From positions 1 to 36,824 of the forward strand of contig LWCA01000246.1 in the NCBI GenBank assembly GCA_001642005.1: a DNA stretch of 36,824 nt, in the 5' to 3' direction. Position 1 is the first letter of the stretch. Every line of letters begins with the position of its first letter. This stretch comes from Intoshia linei (taxonomy: Eukaryota; Animalia; Orthonectida). The notes below the pieces were generated by a model, which ran no database searches, was not told where the DNA came from, and saw only the letters and a program-made list of their open reading frames with translations. A program made the position numbers and the translations under genes. Positions 35,401-36,824 of the stretch are shown in pieces.

Positions 35401-36541
35401 ATAATACATTTTACAAAAATATAAATTTTTTGTTTATCCCACGAAAAAAAGCCTCAGAGTATAGTAGATTCGGCTCTGATATAGTCAATCCCTGCATCTA
35501 AATAAGTATGGCTATAGTGGGTTCAATGAATCATCAATCATTTTGAGGAATCATTGACACCAAAAAAAACTTGACTTGCATTAATTTGAGTCTAATATAT
35601 TAGAAAATGATTTTTTAGGCTCCAGATATATTTTATTCATTTAATGTATACCAACCTAACTTAAGGGAAAAATCCCCTTTTTCCAATATTTTCTTCAAAA
35701 ATCCGATTTTACCAAACTTTATGGCAACAACTTCTTAATCCAAATCCCAAAACAAAAAATCCAATTTTACCAATCTAACTTAAAGGGAAAATTCCCTTTT
35801 TCATATATTTTTTTCAAAAATCCAATTTTACCAATCTAACTTAAGGGGAAAATCCCCTTTTTTCCATATTTTTTTTTAAAAATCCAATTATACCGACTTA
35901 TCTTAAGGGAAACAACACATTTTTTAAATATTTTCTTCAAAAATCCGATTTTACCAACCTAAATTAAAAGAAAAATCACCTTTTTCCAATATTTTTTTTG
36001 AAAAACAGATTTTAGCAAAAATCTTATCAGAAAAAACATTTAATTTTTTACTAAATGTTATATACTTCATGTTTCCTTTGTGGTTAAAAGAAATAAATAT
36101 TTTGAAAATGGAGGTCCGTACACTATTTGAATCGAGAACCACTAGCTGGAAGGAACGTAAAATATTTAGTAAATTGAAATTTAAACAAAATTTTATTCAT
36201 TTTTAGAATACAGTACTTAAAATCTAACTTATTTTTTAAACTCAAGTATTATTAGTAGTAAAATACCTTTCCAGTCGAATTTGCAAACGTTGAACAACAA
36301 ATTAATCCAACCTTTTTATTGCAAGTTTTAATAGAATATATATAGTCGGAAGACCGATTTAAAAATTTCTCAAGTTTACAAATTTGGTCGACATCATTCA
36401 TGGCAACAGATTGGATACATCTACTTTTTAATACTAATTGAATTTAACCAAAAACCGTTTTAACATGTCAGATCCAATTTTCTGTTTTTCCAGAGATTTA
36501 TCATTTAAAAATGGATAAATTTTGTCAAATATTACGTCCAT
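29494..36541 (-). CDS. VAC14: VAC14 homolog (PIKfyve/FIG4 HEAT-repeat scaffold), ~728 aa. Exons 36541-36456, 36420-36267, 35207-35028, 34987-34925, 34418-34311, 33994-33781, 32545-32405, 32364-32174, 32118-32056, 32018-31807, 31568-31262, 30033-29909, 29874-29792, 29753-29494
   Basis: Colinear by recall with human VAC14: FLNDKSLEKQK~LNDKLYEKRK, DTDSMVRFLGSETLFNIMKV~[24 protein letters not shown]..ILNW~RIYS..IISW, YLPQFLDG~YLPEILDG, IILHCQ~LVIHCQ, IRLDLL..ILLIIPQS~LRLQLL..LLMLLPQS. All 13 introns are GT-AG and phase-consistent. Confidence 0.88.
30795..31145 (+). repeat. Minisatellite-bearing repeat, homologous to 35650-36145
   Basis: Shared CAACAACTTCTTAATCCAAA..CCCAAAA..AAAAAATCCAATTTTAC and TTCATGTTTCCTTTG.GG blocks. 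Confidence 0.75.
32780..33332 (+). repeat. Repeat family A, longest copy (VAC14 intron)
   Basis: Aligns with 2840-3106 (direct) and 20-445 (inverted). Confidence 0.85.
33352..33643 (+). mobile_element. MITE family E copy (TIR ~CAGAGCCGAACCTAC)
   Basis: CAGAGTCGAACCTAC ... GTAGGTTAAGCTCTG, flanked by TAATAAT on both sides (low complexity). The 3' subterminal block is shared with the two other copies. Confidence 0.7.
34023..34259 (-). mobile_element. MITE family E copy
   Basis: AGCCGAATCTAC ... GTAGGTTTGGCT inverted termini; interior homologous to 33352-33643 in the opposite orientation. Confidence 0.65.
35246..35478 (-). mobile_element. MITE family E copy
   Basis: CAGAACCGAACTTACTAT ... ATAGTAGATTCGGCTCTG inverted termini (15/18). 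Confidence 0.7.
35650..36145 (+). repeat. ~61-bp tandem minisatellite (about 6 units) ending in a hAT-like right terminus
   Basis: Unit ~ACCAAyCTAACTTAAGGGAAAAATCCCCTTTTTCCAATATTTTyTTCAAAAATCCrATTTT recurs at ~35650, 35770, 35831, 35892 and 35953, with a variant at ~35711. The array ends ...GGTCCGTAC...TCGAGAACCACTAG. Confidence 0.85.
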
Positions 36542-36824
36542 AATAAAAATAATTGATTATGAAAATTAAATTAAATTTAATTTTAACAATATTTAATTTG
36601 ATCAATCACTTTATTTTCCCAGTATTAATGTTACGGTGCGTAATACGCATAATAGCCATACGCAGTGTGTATGGCTCACCTGGTGAGCTAGATTTTAGTA
36701 GCCTAGTAACGTAATGAGGTGTATAACTCATAAAAATTAAATTATAAGTATATTCTTCAACTAAGTAATTATTAGAGTCGACAAATGCAATTTTTTATGG
36801 CACTAAAAAATTTCTAGCACTAAA

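Noticed and set aside
34023-35478. Intronic snoRNAs in VAC14
   Set aside because: No convincing C/D or H/ACA boxes. A homologous copy occurs in the opposite orientation (33352-33643), which indicates TIR elements.
35230-35500. Extra VAC14 exons (MQGLTISEP..., KIFSEPV..., ORF 35153-35341)
   Set aside because: The sequence lies largely within a family E MITE. Exon 2 (..STGK) splices in phase to 35207, consistent with VAC14 homology.
35650-36040. CRISPR-like regularly spaced repeats
   Set aside because: Contiguous tandem units with no unique spacers, no cas genes, and a eukaryotic intronic context.

Overview
Very AT-rich eukaryotic (animal) genomic DNA with many 34-45 nt GT-AG introns and strongly diverged proteins. 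This would fit a compact-genome invertebrate parasite such as an orthonectid, but the taxon is only an inference. Manual splicing resolves seven genes. On the + strand: the 3' end of an ABCC/MRP transporter, a catalytically dead dihydropyrimidinase/CRMP-like gene (13 exons) and a small 3-exon BOD1/Shg1-domain gene absent from the ORF track. On the - strand: BiP/HSPA5 (ending HTEL, with a cluster of ACGT-core UPR-like motifs upstream), a divergent (proto)cadherin-like receptor, acetylcholinesterase and VAC14 (14 exons). Long introns and intergenic DNA are packed with non-autonomous DNA transposons: hAT MITEs with 8-bp TSDs, a hAT deletion derivative with a transposase relic, Tc1/pogo-like MITEs, a Mutator/foldback-like MITE nested in a Helitron-like repeat, and a ~61-bp minisatellite. 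The most intriguing pattern is in VAC14. Three long introns each have a decoy 3' splice site 25-37 nt from the donor, at or just below the usual intron length, and each decoy lies within a predicted RNA stem. No rRNA, tRNA or CRISPR array was found.
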